Of a DNA stretch of 64,000 nt, positions 1-12,169 are shown one piece after another. The notes below the pieces were generated by a model. The model saw only the letters and a list, made by a program, of their open reading frames with translations. It was not told where the DNA came from and ran no database searches. The position numbers and the translations under genes were made by a program. The stretch is from Octopus sinensis (lineage: Eukaryota): assembly GCF_006345805.1 (NCBI RefSeq), contig NC_043006.1, positions 86,986,001 to 87,050,000 of the forward strand, written 5' to 3'. The stretch's first letter is position 1. Each line of letters opens with the position of its first letter.

Positions 1-248
1 CAATTATACAACAGTGATAACAATAATGGTAGCTTCGACAACAACAGCAATATTAGTGAAGAATCAAATAGAAAGAAGGTGAGATGGTAAATAGGGGTTT
101 GTGGGGTTAGAGTTGAGGGAGGTAAACATTTTAAATTGCAAAGTGTGAAATTGTGCTGCAGTGCTTTGGAGAGTTGCCAGAGAATCCATCAAATCACAGT
201 GCAACTTCAGGTGTGTGTGGGGGTGAAGGTGAAATAGAATACTAATAA

Positions 249-300
249 AGCTGAATGTTTAAGTTACAAGGGAACATTATATATATATATGTGTGTATAT

Positions 301-352
<52 letters not shown>

Positions 353-516
353 TATATATATACTTATAAATATATATACATACTTATATATATATATACA
401 TACATATTTATACATATATATACATATATATATATACATACATATATACATATACATATATATATATAATATATATATATACATATATATATATACATAT
501 ATATATATAAATATAC

Positions 517-547
<31 letters not shown>

Positions 548-595
548 CATATATATATACATACATATATATATACATGCATATATATATATACA
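249..595. repeat. Compound (TA)n/(TACA)n microsatellite
   Basis: Directly visible; explains the YI/YM-rich ORFs at 242-614. Confidence 0.97.
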
Positions 596-1815
596 TCAAA
601 CCAAATCAAAATAGATGAATATCAATGGAATTTGTATCTTTGTGGTTCCAGTACCGGTGGCACACAAGAAAACCATCCGAAGTGGCCGTAGCTGGTACCG
701 CATCGACTGGCCTCCGTGCTGTGGGCACAACAAACACCATCTGATCGTGGCCGTTCGCCAGCCTCACCTGGCACCTGTGTCGGTGGCACATAAAAACACC
801 ATCCAAAGACCCGGCGACGTAGTCAGTCCACCTGTGCATACCTTCCCTCTTATGACACTTGTGAAGACCTGTTGAGGCAGAGGCAAGTGTGTGACACTTG
901 TGAAGACCTGTTGAGGCAAGTGTGTGACACGCGTGACACTTGTGAAGACCTGTTGAGGCAAGTGAAAATCAAACCAAATCAAAATAGATGAACATCAATG
1001 GAATTTGTATCTTTGTGGTTCCAGTACCGGTGGCACACAAGAAAACCATCCGATCGTGGCCGTTCGCCAGCCACATCTGGCACCTGTGTCGGTGGCACAT
1101 AAAGACACCATCCGAAGACCCGGCGACGCAGACAGTCCACCTGTGCATACCTTCCTTCTTGTGACACTTGTGAAGACCTGTTGAGGCAAGTGACACTTGT
1201 GAAGACCTGTTGAGGCAAGTGAAAATCAAATCAAATCAAAACAAATCAAAATAGATGAACATAAATGGAATTTGTATCTTTGTGGTACCAGTGCCGGTGG
1301 CACACAAGAAAATCATCCGAACGTGGCCGTAGCCAGTACCGCATAGACTGGCCTCCGTGCTTTGGGGACGTAACAAACACCATCCGATCGTGGCCGTCCG
1401 CCAGCCTCATCTGGCACCTGTGTCGGTGGCACATAAAAACACCATCCGAGCGTGGCCGTCTGCCAGCCTCGTCTGGCACCTGCCAGCCTCATCTGGCACC
1501 TGTGTCGGTGGCACATAAAAACACCATCCGAGCGTGGCCGTCTGCCAGCCTCGTCTGGCACCTGTGTCGGTGGCACATAAAAACACCATCCGAGCGTGGC
1601 CGTTCGCCAGCCTCGTCTGGCACCTGTGTCGGTGGCACATAAAATCACCCACTACACTCTCGGAGTGGTTGGCGTTAGGAAGGGCATCCAGCTGTAGAAA
1701 CACTGCCAGATCTGACTGGCCTGGTGCAGCCTTCGGGCTCCCCAGACCCCAGTTGAACCGTCCAACCCATGCTAGCATTGAGAACGGACGCTAAATGATG
1801 ATGATGATGATGATG
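596..1815 (+). mobile_element. Modular non-autonomous retroposon: three head-to-tail monomers with 62-bp and 29-bp sub-arrays, ending in an RTE-like 3' tail and (TGA)n
   Basis: Head ATCAAA(C/T)CAAATCAAAATAGATGAA recurs at about 596, 968 and 1225-1246. 62-bp units start at 1507, 1569 and 1631; 29-bp units at 853, 891, 933, 1161 and 1190. The tail (TTAGGAAGGGCATCCAGCTGTAGAAAC...CCCATGCTAGCA...TGATGATG) is shared with many other repeats here. Confidence 0.85.
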
Positions 1816-1944
1816 ATACACGCACATATATATATATATAAGCACATATATATATATACACACACATATATATATGTATATATATATATACACATATATA
1901 TATATATACATATGTATATACATATATACATATATATATATACA

Positions 1945-1991
<47 letters not shown>

Positions 1992-2021
1992 TATATATAT
2001 AGAGAGAGAGAGAGAGAGAGA
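1816..2021. repeat. (TA)n/(CA)n/(GA)n compound microsatellite
   Basis: Directly visible. Confidence 0.95.
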
Positions 2022-2364
2022 TACACTGTGTCAGTTTCTCTAACACCATCTACACTTCGTGACTCTCTCACTTTCAAACCCAAATTTCACAGTTAATGAT
2101 TCAAAACATGTAGGTTTTAATACATATAACGCATGCAAGGACAAAGACTGAAAGTCAAAAAGAAACAAAAAATATTATCAAAAAGAAAGAAGAAACAACA
2201 AATATAAACAATAATAAAAGTTAAATTAGAAACAAAGTGAGAAAAAAAATGGGGAAAAGAAAAGCAATGTCTAATATTTAGTGAATTAGGAATTGTATTT
2301 TGTCTGCTTAGTTGCATAGCTTAACAGAGATTCTTGCTTCAACGGTTCTGTTGATGGCTTATAG

Positions 2365-2485
2365 GTGTGTGTGTTTGTATATGCCTATGTCTGCAAGATT
2401 GTGTGTATGTGCCTGTGCATTGTAATATATGTGTTTTTATATGTGTGTGTGTGTGTGTGTGTGTGTGGATGTGTATGTATGTATG

Positions 2486-2528
<43 letters not shown>

Positions 2529-2773
2529 CACACATGTGTGTATATATATATATATACATATATATATAAATACATATATGTATATATATACATATATATA
2601 TAAATACATATATGTATATATATACATATATATATATATACACACATATATATATATAAGTGTGTACATGCATGTGTGTATAATATATATATATACATAC
2701 ATACACATGCACACACACATATAAAAACACATATACTACAATGCACAGACACATACATGCACAGTACAACACG

Positions 2774-2829
<56 letters not shown>

Positions 2830-2945
2830 TACATACATAAATATATATATATATATATACACCCATAGAAACTGATAACCCTGCCGGATATTATGCACAC
2901 ACACACACACATACTCACACACACATACTCACACACACATATATT
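2365..2945. repeat. Large compound (TG)n/(TA)n/(CA)n microsatellite
   Basis: Directly visible; source of the ORFs at 2339-2936. Confidence 0.95.
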
Positions 2946-3428
2946 AAAGATGTGTGCATGTGCTGTGCGAGATGAACAGTTAGTTACTCAAAAGCATTTG
3001 TATAACTATATGTGCTTGTGTGTGAATATGTAAGTGAATGCAATGTAGCCAATATGAATATGCTTGTGCATACGTGTGTACAGACATTCCTCAAATTTTC
3101 AAAATATAATGTGCATGTAACTGTGTGTTAATATGTGTGTGCGTGTGTGTGTGTGTGTGACAGAGAGAGAGAGAGAGTGTGTGAGTATGTGTGTGCACGC
3201 ATGTGCATTTCATTCAAGCTGCCTGAAGATGATCAAACAAGAAGAATAACAAGTGCAAAATAAATACATTCTAATTAACAGAGTTGAAAAAGCAATCTAA
3301 CAGAAACTGGCAGAATTATTTGAAGAAATTGATAAACTACTCACTATTTCACAACAGTGAAACAATGCAATGTAATTTGGAAATCAAAGAAAAATTAAAG
3401 AGATGGCCTTATAAATTAAACAGATTTT

Positions 3429-3475
<47 letters not shown>

Positions 3476-3770
3476 ATATATATGTATGTTACTGTATATG
3501 TATATGTACATACACACACACACACACACATGTGTGGGTATGTATTTACATGTGTATATACACATACAAATATAAAATCTTTATTCTGTGACTTAACAGT
3601 TTGTTGGTTTTAGATGGAAATGTCTTGGTAAACTTTGATATTTGCTTCTGAATTGTTGGAACAAATATTTTGTTTTTCGTAATGTGATAAAGTAAATATT
3701 TTAAGACTATAAAACCCACACAACCATGAAAACACACACACAAATACACACACTTTTGTAGGAATGCTTG

Positions 3771-3803
<33 letters not shown>

Positions 3804-4087
3804 TATATATATATTTTTTTTTTTTTAATTGTTGGAATTTATACTAAAGCAGAAAAAATTTTCTAATACAGATGCAAAAACAATAAAGTGTTATGCTTTC
3901 AACTTTATAAAAGTCTTGCATATTTTTATTGTTCTGTTTAAAAATTGAATTTACAAAGTGTGTATGAGCCAGTTACTTTGTTTTTGTGAGAGTCCTACTT
4001 TGAAGAAATACCAGTTAGACAAATAGAAACATAATGTAATCAGCTGGACCAATGATGATGCTTAAAACAGGAATTGATAATCTAGGT

Positions 4088-4714
4088 CAGTGGTTCTCAA
4101 GCACATTTTGCCTATGGAACCCTTTGATTCCTATTTTATTCTACACAACCTCCAGTCATTCGATGTATATGAAACATAAAAAATTCTACTGTATTTATAT
4201 AGTTAAATATTCTTAAGCAAAAATGCTAATTCTAAAATCTCTCTAAGAGATCAACACAGTAGTTGTACTGAGAAGTAATATTGGTAGCCACTTCAGCATG
4301 GCTGTCCATTCGAACAGACTCTACTGCAATTTTTTAACCCCAAGAGGACATCTTCTCTAGCTAATGATGCAGTGCTGCATCCAATGAATTGCAAGCAGGG
4401 GAGCTAACCCCTACCACCTTCTAGAGATGGAACCAGTAGACTCGTCCTGGTTTCAGGCTATTTCTGTCACTTTTCGGTGCTGGGCACCTCATCTGCATCA
4501 GATGGTATTAGCTCACCTCCACTCGCAATATATATATATTTCAAGCAAATACACAGCCACTGATTTTGCAACAAGCAAAAATGCTAGTTCTAAAATCTCT
4601 CTAGGGATTGTATTTAAATTTTAAAATATTTTGTGCATTGCAGAAATATAACCAATTATTTGCACATAAATTTTAAAAACAAAATTATATATGGACCATA
4701 GTGGAATTCCACTG
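4088..4714. mobile_element. hAT/Charlie-type non-autonomous element (MITE)
   Basis: Starts CAGTGGTTCTCAA and ends GAATTCCACTG; 8-bp TSD ATCTAGGT (4080-4087) / ATCTAGAT (4715-4722), matching the NTCTAGAN target of Charlie-type hATs. Confidence 0.8.
4246..4572 (-). mobile_element. Insert within the hAT MITE, probably a Penelope-type terminal repeat, carrying a degenerate hammerhead motif
   Basis: Flanked by a 31-bp direct repeat (4215-4245 / 4573-4603, 30/31 identical). Minus strand reads CAGATGA-GGTGC-CCA-GCACC-GAAA at 4495-4472. Confidence 0.5.
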
Positions 4715-5156
4715 ATCTAGATAAAGATGTGACAGGTTTTGAAGCAGTTGTCTCTAGATATTGTGTTTTCTGCTTGACTTTGAAAGAAATGTTCATATCT
4801 GCATGGTAGCCTGATCTCTATATACAGTTCATAAATTTAAACACTGTAAATACTGTACATAATTATTATTTTTGCTTTCTGTCTTACACAACTATAGTAG
4901 ATCTATTAAGCTTTCATTTAGTAGAAATTTTGATTAGAATGATATCTTGATATTCCTTGCATTGAAATGTATGTGCTCAAAAACAGAAATATCTTTTATA
5001 TATTTATTCAAAAAAGCTCTTTCCAATGGATGGCATTCCATATTGTTTAAGCAAGGGCATGATGCTTATATTGGAAAGTAGGACATTAATAATATTTTTG
5101 GCCAACAACAGATTGTGTGTGATATCTTCCCCAAAAGTGGGGTATAATCAGGATTT

Positions 5157-5257
5157 TCAATTATATCTCTGAGGTTTATACATTTCACTGTGTCTTTTGT
5201 TCAACAGGTATTTTGCAGCTATATCTTGTTCTTGGATTGCAAGAGCACGAATGTTAT
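5157..5257 (-). CDS. Candidate terminal coding exon of an unidentified gene (xNIRALAIQEQDIAAKYLLNKRHSEMYKPQRYN*)
   Basis: TAG acceptor at 5258-5260, 32 purine-first-biased sense codons then TGA, AATAAA about 150 nt downstream (5008-5003). No protein family recognised. Confidence 0.3.
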
Positions 5258-5359
5258 CTATGCATTTAAGTTTGAATGTGTAAATATGTAAGCGCTTGCA
5301 TGCACATATACACACACATTATCATCATCACCATTTTAGCATCCACTTTACCATGCAGC

Positions 5360-5419
<60 letters not shown>
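5360..5419. repeat. (GATA)n microsatellite
   Basis: Directly visible. Confidence 0.97.
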
Positions 5420-5671
5420 CAACAAGTTTATCACATATTCTTATTCTTACAGTAATGGGAGAGGTAATAGATTTTGCTGTATTCAATATTTATTTGTATA
5501 TTAACCATTAAATAATATATATGGATTCTCTGGTATTACAATCTTATTTTATTTGTTAATCAGAGGACGGTTAACATCTGTAACCTCTCTCTATTCCCCC
5601 ATACATTATTGTGGTTGAGGTTCAGTTTTAGATTCTGTAGCTTCTACTCTCTCTTCATATTCTATACTTAC

Positions 5672-5695
5672 ATGTGCCTGCAAACATGGACTTTC
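5672..5695 (-). CDS. Candidate 24-nt micro-exon (xKSMFAGT or ESPCLQAH depending on phase)
   Basis: Acceptor TTTTCACTCTCCAG and GTAAGT donor; the phase-1 reading splices in frame to the 5157-5257 exon. Confidence 0.28.
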
Positions 5696-5762
5696 CTGGA
5701 GAGTGAAAATTCATGATTTTTTTGAGAATGACACAGAAGTCCAATGACTTAGGCTAACTTAC

Positions 5763-5810
5763 TTTCAGTTTTCTCAGCTCGAGTCCTTTCTCCGGAGTAT
5801 TGAGTTTACC
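5763..5810 (-). CDS. Candidate 48-nt exon (GKLNTPEKGLELRKLK)
   Basis: GTAAGT donor and a 67-nt intron to the 24-nt micro-exon; CpG-containing. Its only open frame is phase 0, which conflicts with the phase-1 join to the terminal exon. Confidence 0.15.
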
Positions 5811-5862
5811 CTTGGAGCATATAGCAAATTTAACTCTTGAACATAAATACATACAAACATAC

Positions 5863-6350
5863 ATCATCATCATCGTTTAACGTCTGTTTTCCATGCTAGC
5901 ATGGGTTGGACGGTTTGACCAGGGTCTGGGAAGCCAGGAGGCTGCACCAGGTTCCAGTGTGATCTGGCAGTGTTTCTACAGCTGGATGCCCTTCCTAATG
6001 CCAACCACTCCATGAGTGTAGTGGGTGCTTTTTATGTGCCACCAGCACAGGAGCCAAAGGAGGTTGGCAACGGCCACTATTGGTTGGTGCTTTTTATGTG
6101 CCACTGGCACAGAAGCCAGTCAAGGTGGCGCTGGCATAGGCCACGTTTGGATGGTGCTTTTTACGTGCCACCGGTATGGGTATCACAACTACAATTTCCA
6201 TTTGATTTTTATTTTGATGTTGATATACTTGACTCAATAGGTCTCCTCAAGCACAGCAGGTCGCCCCTGATCCAAGGTAAGCACAGCAGGTCGTCTTTGA
6301 ATGGGCTGGGGTTGGTTATGTGAAGCTGGTGTAGGATACGCTGTGGACTC
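5863..6350 (-). mobile_element. Older subfamily copy of the modular RTE-tailed retroposon
   Basis: Same RTE-like tail plus (GAT)n, three GGTGGCAC(A/G)TAAAAAGCACC units, and a head homologous to 596/968 (GAGACCTATTGAGTCAAGT...ATCAAATGGAAATTGTAG). Confidence 0.75.
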
Positions 6351-6384
6351 TATGAACATATTGATACACACATACACACAAATA

Positions 6385-6780
6385 GGTACAGGCATGATTG
6401 TGTGATAAGAAGTCAATCCAACTGCTTGGCACCTTGGCATAAATCTTCTATTATAACCCTGAGCAAACTAAAGACTTGTGAGAGGATTTGGTAGAGAAAA
6501 ATTGAAAGAAACCTGTTATATAAGTTTATATTGCATGTGTGTGTGTATGTATCTCCGTGTCTTGACATAGCATGATAGTTATAGTTGAGTGTCTTGTCAA
6601 AAACAAGAGTCAGTCATTTCCAGTATGCAGAAAGAACATGTTTGGCCATGGGAAATATTGTCTATCTTGGAAACAGATGAGGGTTGGTAACAGGATGGGC
6701 ATCTGGCCATAGAAAATCTGCCTCAATAAGCCTCAACTAATCACGCAAGCATGGAAAAGTGGATGCTGAAAATAATGATC
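6385..6780 (+). mobile_element. Composite SINE: CORE-like head, microsatellite, body, RTE-like tail
   Basis: GGCACCTTGGCATAAATCTTCTATTATAACC...GATTTGGTAGAG head, also at 20825, 22480, 27110, 54870, 57380; tail AGGATGGGCATCTGGCCATAGAAAATCTG. Confidence 0.7.
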
Positions 6781-6955
6781 ATTGTTTAATGTCCGTTCTC
6801 CATGCTAGCATTGGTTGGACGGTTCGACCGGGATCTGGGAAGCCAGAAGGCTGCACCAGGCTCCAGTCTAATATGGCAGTGTTTCTACAGCTGGATGCCC
6901 TTCCTAACACCAACCACTCAGTGAATGTAGTGAGTGCTTTTTACGTGCCACTGGA
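6780..6955 (-). mobile_element. RTE-like 3' tail fragment
   Basis: Reverse complement of the 1650-1794 tail. Confidence 0.75.
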
Positions 6956-8022
6956 TATATATACACACACAAACAGACTTATATGTATGTAATTTCAGAG
7001 GTGCATACAAAACAGCAAAAATTGGATTAATAACATACCTATTCATTCTCAATATGTTCTGGTAGATTGTTCACTGTTTTCTTTTTATTTTTTTCTCATC
7101 AAAGGAGTAAATCTTCCCTTGGAGATTATGTAAGTTTTGTAATATATGCATACAATAGTGAATCATAAGTGTTATGAATGCATAGCATCTAAAGATGAAA
7201 ACAACAGTAATCAGATATTGACTTTTGAATCTGCCAGAGCATATTGAATAGATGTGTGTGCGCATGTGTATGTGTATGTGTGTGTGTGCACGCACGCATA
7301 TATACATGCATGATACATACATACAGATAAACAGACAGAAAGACAAAAATGTTGGCATTTTTAATTCAGTTAATTTTTTATTATTTTTCTCTCTAGTCAC
7401 GCTAATTCATTTAGCATCCAGTTGAGGATATGACAACGATAACTGAGGTAGCTAAAACAGTGATGCTTATTGTGTCATTACTTTTTAGTTTATTAACCTT
7501 TATTTTATAAAATTATATTCATCACATTCATTTTATAATATTCCTTTCTAATTTTTCCTTTCAATTGTGCATTGTTTTACTTCCTTTGCTTCATTATTTT
7601 CTTGGTATTTATAAGTAAGTGTTTTGCCTACTTGTCATATTCATGTTTCTTTATCTAGTGTAATATTATTCTTCTTTATAAATTTTCCATTATTCAAGGA
7701 GGTATTGAAAAAATTTTCTGATCCAGATGGCATTCTAATTCTTCTGCTAAATCCATGTACTACCTGCAGCAGGATCTCTACTTACTTCTTATCTGTTGTG
7801 TAATTTATTCACATGGTGTCTAATCACTGACCAATTTGAAGATTTACTAATTATATGAAGTAAAGATCAATAAATTCGAAAACCGTGACAAATGCAATTA
7901 TTCTTCAAACCTTTTGTCATTTTATTCTTATTCTATTCATAGCTTTTAATCAAGAACAGTACAAATGGTTACTATTGTTACTGTTGGTGTGGTTAGTTTC
8001 TTTATAATGTTATTTCTTAACT

Positions 8023-8060
8023 TTGGCTGATGAAGTTGGCTCTTAGTTGAAACAGCAGCA
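8023..8060 (+). other. Degenerate hammerhead-like motif (CTGATGA...GAAAC AGCAG)
   Basis: CTGATGA at 8027-8033 and GAAAC at 8049-8053; stem II only wobble-paired and the cleavage triplet is lost. Confidence 0.3.
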
Positions 8061-8633
8061 GAAAGTTTCCAACAAATAAAGGCTTTCAGCAAAATTGTTA
8101 ATTCCAAGTTAGTGCCATTTCATTAACATTACAACTTGAGAAAAATAAGGAATTTAACAAATTTCCAGTTCGTTTGGCAGTAATGAATACTTATTACTAT
8201 TATCATATTAGTAGCTATGCCATATTAGCTAAGAAACTGGAGTTCATTAACTCCACCACCACTGTCACATAGTCTCCTATCATAAGACACATACAGCACA
8301 TAATTATTCATAATTTATTTAATACCAACAAGAATAAAAATAGCACAATTTTTTGGTATTTTTCTTCAAATCAAAAGAAAGCAAAGGTCAAGTGGATGAG
8401 AGATATCACACTAGAAATATGAAATGAATATAATTGAAGAGTTCATATTGTCATGAATAGAGCAGACATCATATAGTAATTATGCGAGCTTAAATTGCTT
8501 AACTACACATGAACTGTAAAAGAAAAAGAAAAAAGTATGCTTATTTAAAATATCATCATCATCATCATCAATTTAGATGCATACACAATATATATGTCTA
8601 TTTGCCTATGTATGTATCTATACACACACACAT

Positions 8634-8686
<53 letters not shown>

Positions 8687-8944
8687 TGTGTGCGTGCAGA
8701 TATGTATGTGTATTCAGATATTTCTGTATATATCTGTACACTGTACATATATATAAGCACCTCTATATATCTACATCTACACACATACACACATATGTAT
8801 GTATTTATAGATCTATAAATTTATATTCATTCATACAAACATCTGTGTGCATATGCCTACATCTATATGCATATATTTTCAGATGCTTATAAAGGTATAC
8901 ATGTATACACACACACACACACACACGCACACACACGCACGCAC

Positions 8945-8981
<37 letters not shown>

Positions 8982-9485
8982 CATACATATATGCACATAC
9001 ACATAGATATTATATATGTATAATTTGTTTTGCATTGCTTCTTCTATAATAATAGTAATAATAAATGTTGCTGTTATTATTATTATTATTATTATTAATA
9101 TTATTATTATTATTATTGCCATAAATTGATTTAGTTCAGGAAGCAGTAACATCTAATATCATACTTTCAAAATCATTTCAATTATTCAGGGAGATACTTT
9201 TAGTTTTTTCCCCCCCATCAATAATAAAAATGTGGCAACAGTGATAGGGTAAGGTAACAATATGAACACATCACACCATTAAGTGGCAACTGGCAATTTT
9301 CTAAACAATGCACGGATGCTACCAGAATACATCATGCAACAATGTTAAATGTGTTAATTATAGGAAGACAGAAAAAAAGAGTGAAACTCTGTCACATGTA
9401 TACACACTTGCACTCACATTACACACAAATACAAGCATATATGTTCAAGAACACATATACATACGTGTATATACTACATGCATAC

Positions 9486-9532
<47 letters not shown>

Positions 9533-9926
9533 AACATACATATATATCATCAAATAAATGCTGGCATATTTTAATTTTTATCATCATCATCATCATCATT
9601 GTTTTAATCTCCATATTTCCATGCTTGCATAAGGTCAGATGACAGTTTTCAAGGCAGATATTTCTGCAGTCGATTGCTTTTCCCAGCTGTCACCTCTTTC
9701 AAAGTAAAGATGTATTTTCCCCTAGTCTTTTGAACCCTAAACAGCTCAATGATTGGACAAGCTTTTGAAGAAGGCTGTAAACAAATGGCATCATTCGTAT
9801 GGTGGATACCTATGTTTACAATCAGGGTACTTAAATAAAGACATACAAAAATACATAAATATACATATGCGCTCACTCATGCATGCACACATACAGATCT
9901 AATAGGTCTGTAGGGCTCAAGACAGA

Positions 9927-9929
<3 letters not shown>

Positions 9930-9990
<61 letters not shown>
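9930..9990. repeat. (TG)n microsatellite
   Basis: Directly visible. Confidence 0.97.
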
Positions 9991-9995
<5 letters not shown>

Positions 9996-10149
9996 CATGC
10001 ACAGTTCTTCACTATTATCATCAACTACCAACTCATGGATTTTTGTGGCTTAGCTGATAAATATTTTTTGTCTGTTCATTACTATTTTCTGCTGCTCTTG
10101 GTAATTGCTTATATTTTTCATCATGTTACCTTAAGGAGCTATTAATCCA

Positions 10150-11760
10150 AATTTTTCTAGGTCTTCTTGGCATTTTACAACCGGCCAACAATTTTGTAGA
10201 CAAAATATCTAAGTTGTTTTAAACTTTTAATAAACTCCATTCTTTTATGAAGTTCCACACAACTGCTATCTGGTTCTTCTGTAATGCCCAACTCTTAATC
10301 ATTCTTGTCAGTAGAGTGGTTTGAGAAATAGTTACAAGAAGGTGTACAACAAGGATATAACTTTTCTCCTCTGTTTAATATCTCCTTCTGCCTGGCATAG
10401 AGATTCAAATGTGCTTTGGAAGTACTGAAGTATGCAATAATCTCAATTTGGTCTTGTCATTTGTTGATAGATTTTACCAAATGTGATTTAAAGAGATAAC
10501 AGCAGATTTTGCTATTGCAGTTCTTTATATCTCTTTGCAGCCCTCACAGTGGTTTATAATAATATTTCCAAGATATCAAAACTCATACACCCCTTTGACA
10601 GTTTGATTATCAGTTGTTATTGATTATCTCCATTATACATTTCTATGATAATCTTTGATTTGGTTTTGTCAAAATGAATGGATAATCATTCTTCACTTTG
10701 CCTCTTTACTTCATTAAAATGTTCAGTTCTTCTAAGCTAGCAGCCATAAAGCTATTATTACTGGTATATATGTGATTGGTCACCATTCTCCCATTTATTC
10801 GAAGTTCTACCTTCAATATCTTCTAGAGTATTTATTTTTCTTACACTTTCTGCACAGTTGTTAAACATGGAAGGAGAAAGGCATATCCTTAGAGTACCCC
10901 ACTTCTAACAAATCCGACAGTAGTTTTCACAGTCACCCTTTTCTGACAATGATTCAAAAAATTTCAGCAAACCTCATTTCTATCATTAATGCCCATAAAT
11001 TATCATGAATAGGTATCACATAAGCTTTACAGTAGTCAATAGAAGCTATAAATATTTCTTCATAAGACTCTCTAGGTTTTTTTTAATAACTATGTCTATA
11101 TTAGATACAGCATCCCTCATTTGTTTTCAAGTTCAACAACTAACATTTTCTTCTGCTAGCTCCATTGGATATCTACCTTTAATCTACAAACAATGGTATT
11201 TAACATAATTTTACAAACATGGTTGATAAGTGCAATTGTTGTTTCTACATAACTATGTCTTCTTTCCATGGAATTATATCTCCATCTTTTAGAAATAGGA
11301 TGAAAATCGACTTAGTTCAAACATTTCAGCATAAATTTGAATTTCATATTTTTGTGCATTGTGTAACAGTATTACTGAAGCTTCTTTATCATTCCCCAAA
11401 GTCCTACAGCTATGTTATCTGTTTCTTTGTACAAATTGTTTTTCAGACATTTCATAAACTTTTTTCATTTCAGAGAATCATTGATGAAGGTTTTCTTTCT
11501 ACAAAGCAGTTTGGATTAGGATAATTTCTATTACTTTCCATTTTATTAACATTTCTTGTCTTCTTGTAAAGGCTGTGGCATTATTTTTCTATCTTTGCAT
11601 ATCTTTCTCTTCATAAAGCATATTATCATCTTCAGTGTAACTTTTCTTAATATTAACATCACTGCTCTCTAATGTTTGTTATCATATTTCTTTCAACCTC
11701 ATCACAAATTTAATCACTGTTTCTTTGCTTTCATTTTTTTTTCAATATGATGATTCAGAA
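10150..11760 (-). pseudogene. Heavily decayed non-LTR reverse transcriptase (RTE/CR1-like)
   Basis: Minus-strand remnants resembling IDY.KA(F)D (IDYCKAY) and GV.QG..LSP motifs, with many stops and frameshifts. Confidence 0.45.
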
Positions 11761-12169
11761 TTTGATATAAAAATGAATCTATATCTTAAATTTAGTATCA
11801 GTTGAGCTCTTGTTGCAGAAGTTTCCATTCACAAGAATACTTCGCTATGTGAATGTATTCCAGTGTTCTTCACTTCATTTCAGTTCCACAATAACCACAA
11901 TGGCTATAAAAGAAACAAAAACTTTAAATATGGTCTTTATTTCAGTGATAATCATTATGCAAAGTACGAAACTTAAGTTTGTATCTGAATATACAATATC
12001 TATTTATTTTAACATTTATCTCTTCATGGGTTTTTATTTTATAGCCTGTTTATAAATTTGCATGCATTTATGTATGTATGGATAGATGTACATATGTATG
12101 TACGTTTGCATTTATGTATATATAGATGTATGGACAGATGCATGTACATATATCATATGCAACAACCAT

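Noticed and set aside
606-1794. Overlapping ORFs on both strands of the modular repeat, and its CRISPR-like appearance
   Set aside because: ORFs reflect GC-rich tandem units; the units are near-identical with no unique spacers, there are no cas genes and the context is eukaryotic.
242-3749. Many ORFs rich in YI, VC, HT repeats (also near 8500-9100, 21300, 35400, 37200, 38400, 46300, 61500)
   Set aside because: Translations of dinucleotide and tetranucleotide microsatellites, open by construction.
1-5283. Plus-strand exon chain 1-78, about 2311-2363, 5208-5283 (…[41 protein letters not shown]…)
   Set aside because: Phases are compatible but one donor (GTGTGT) lies in a microsatellite, the peptide is unrecognisable, and the last piece overlaps the better minus-strand candidate.
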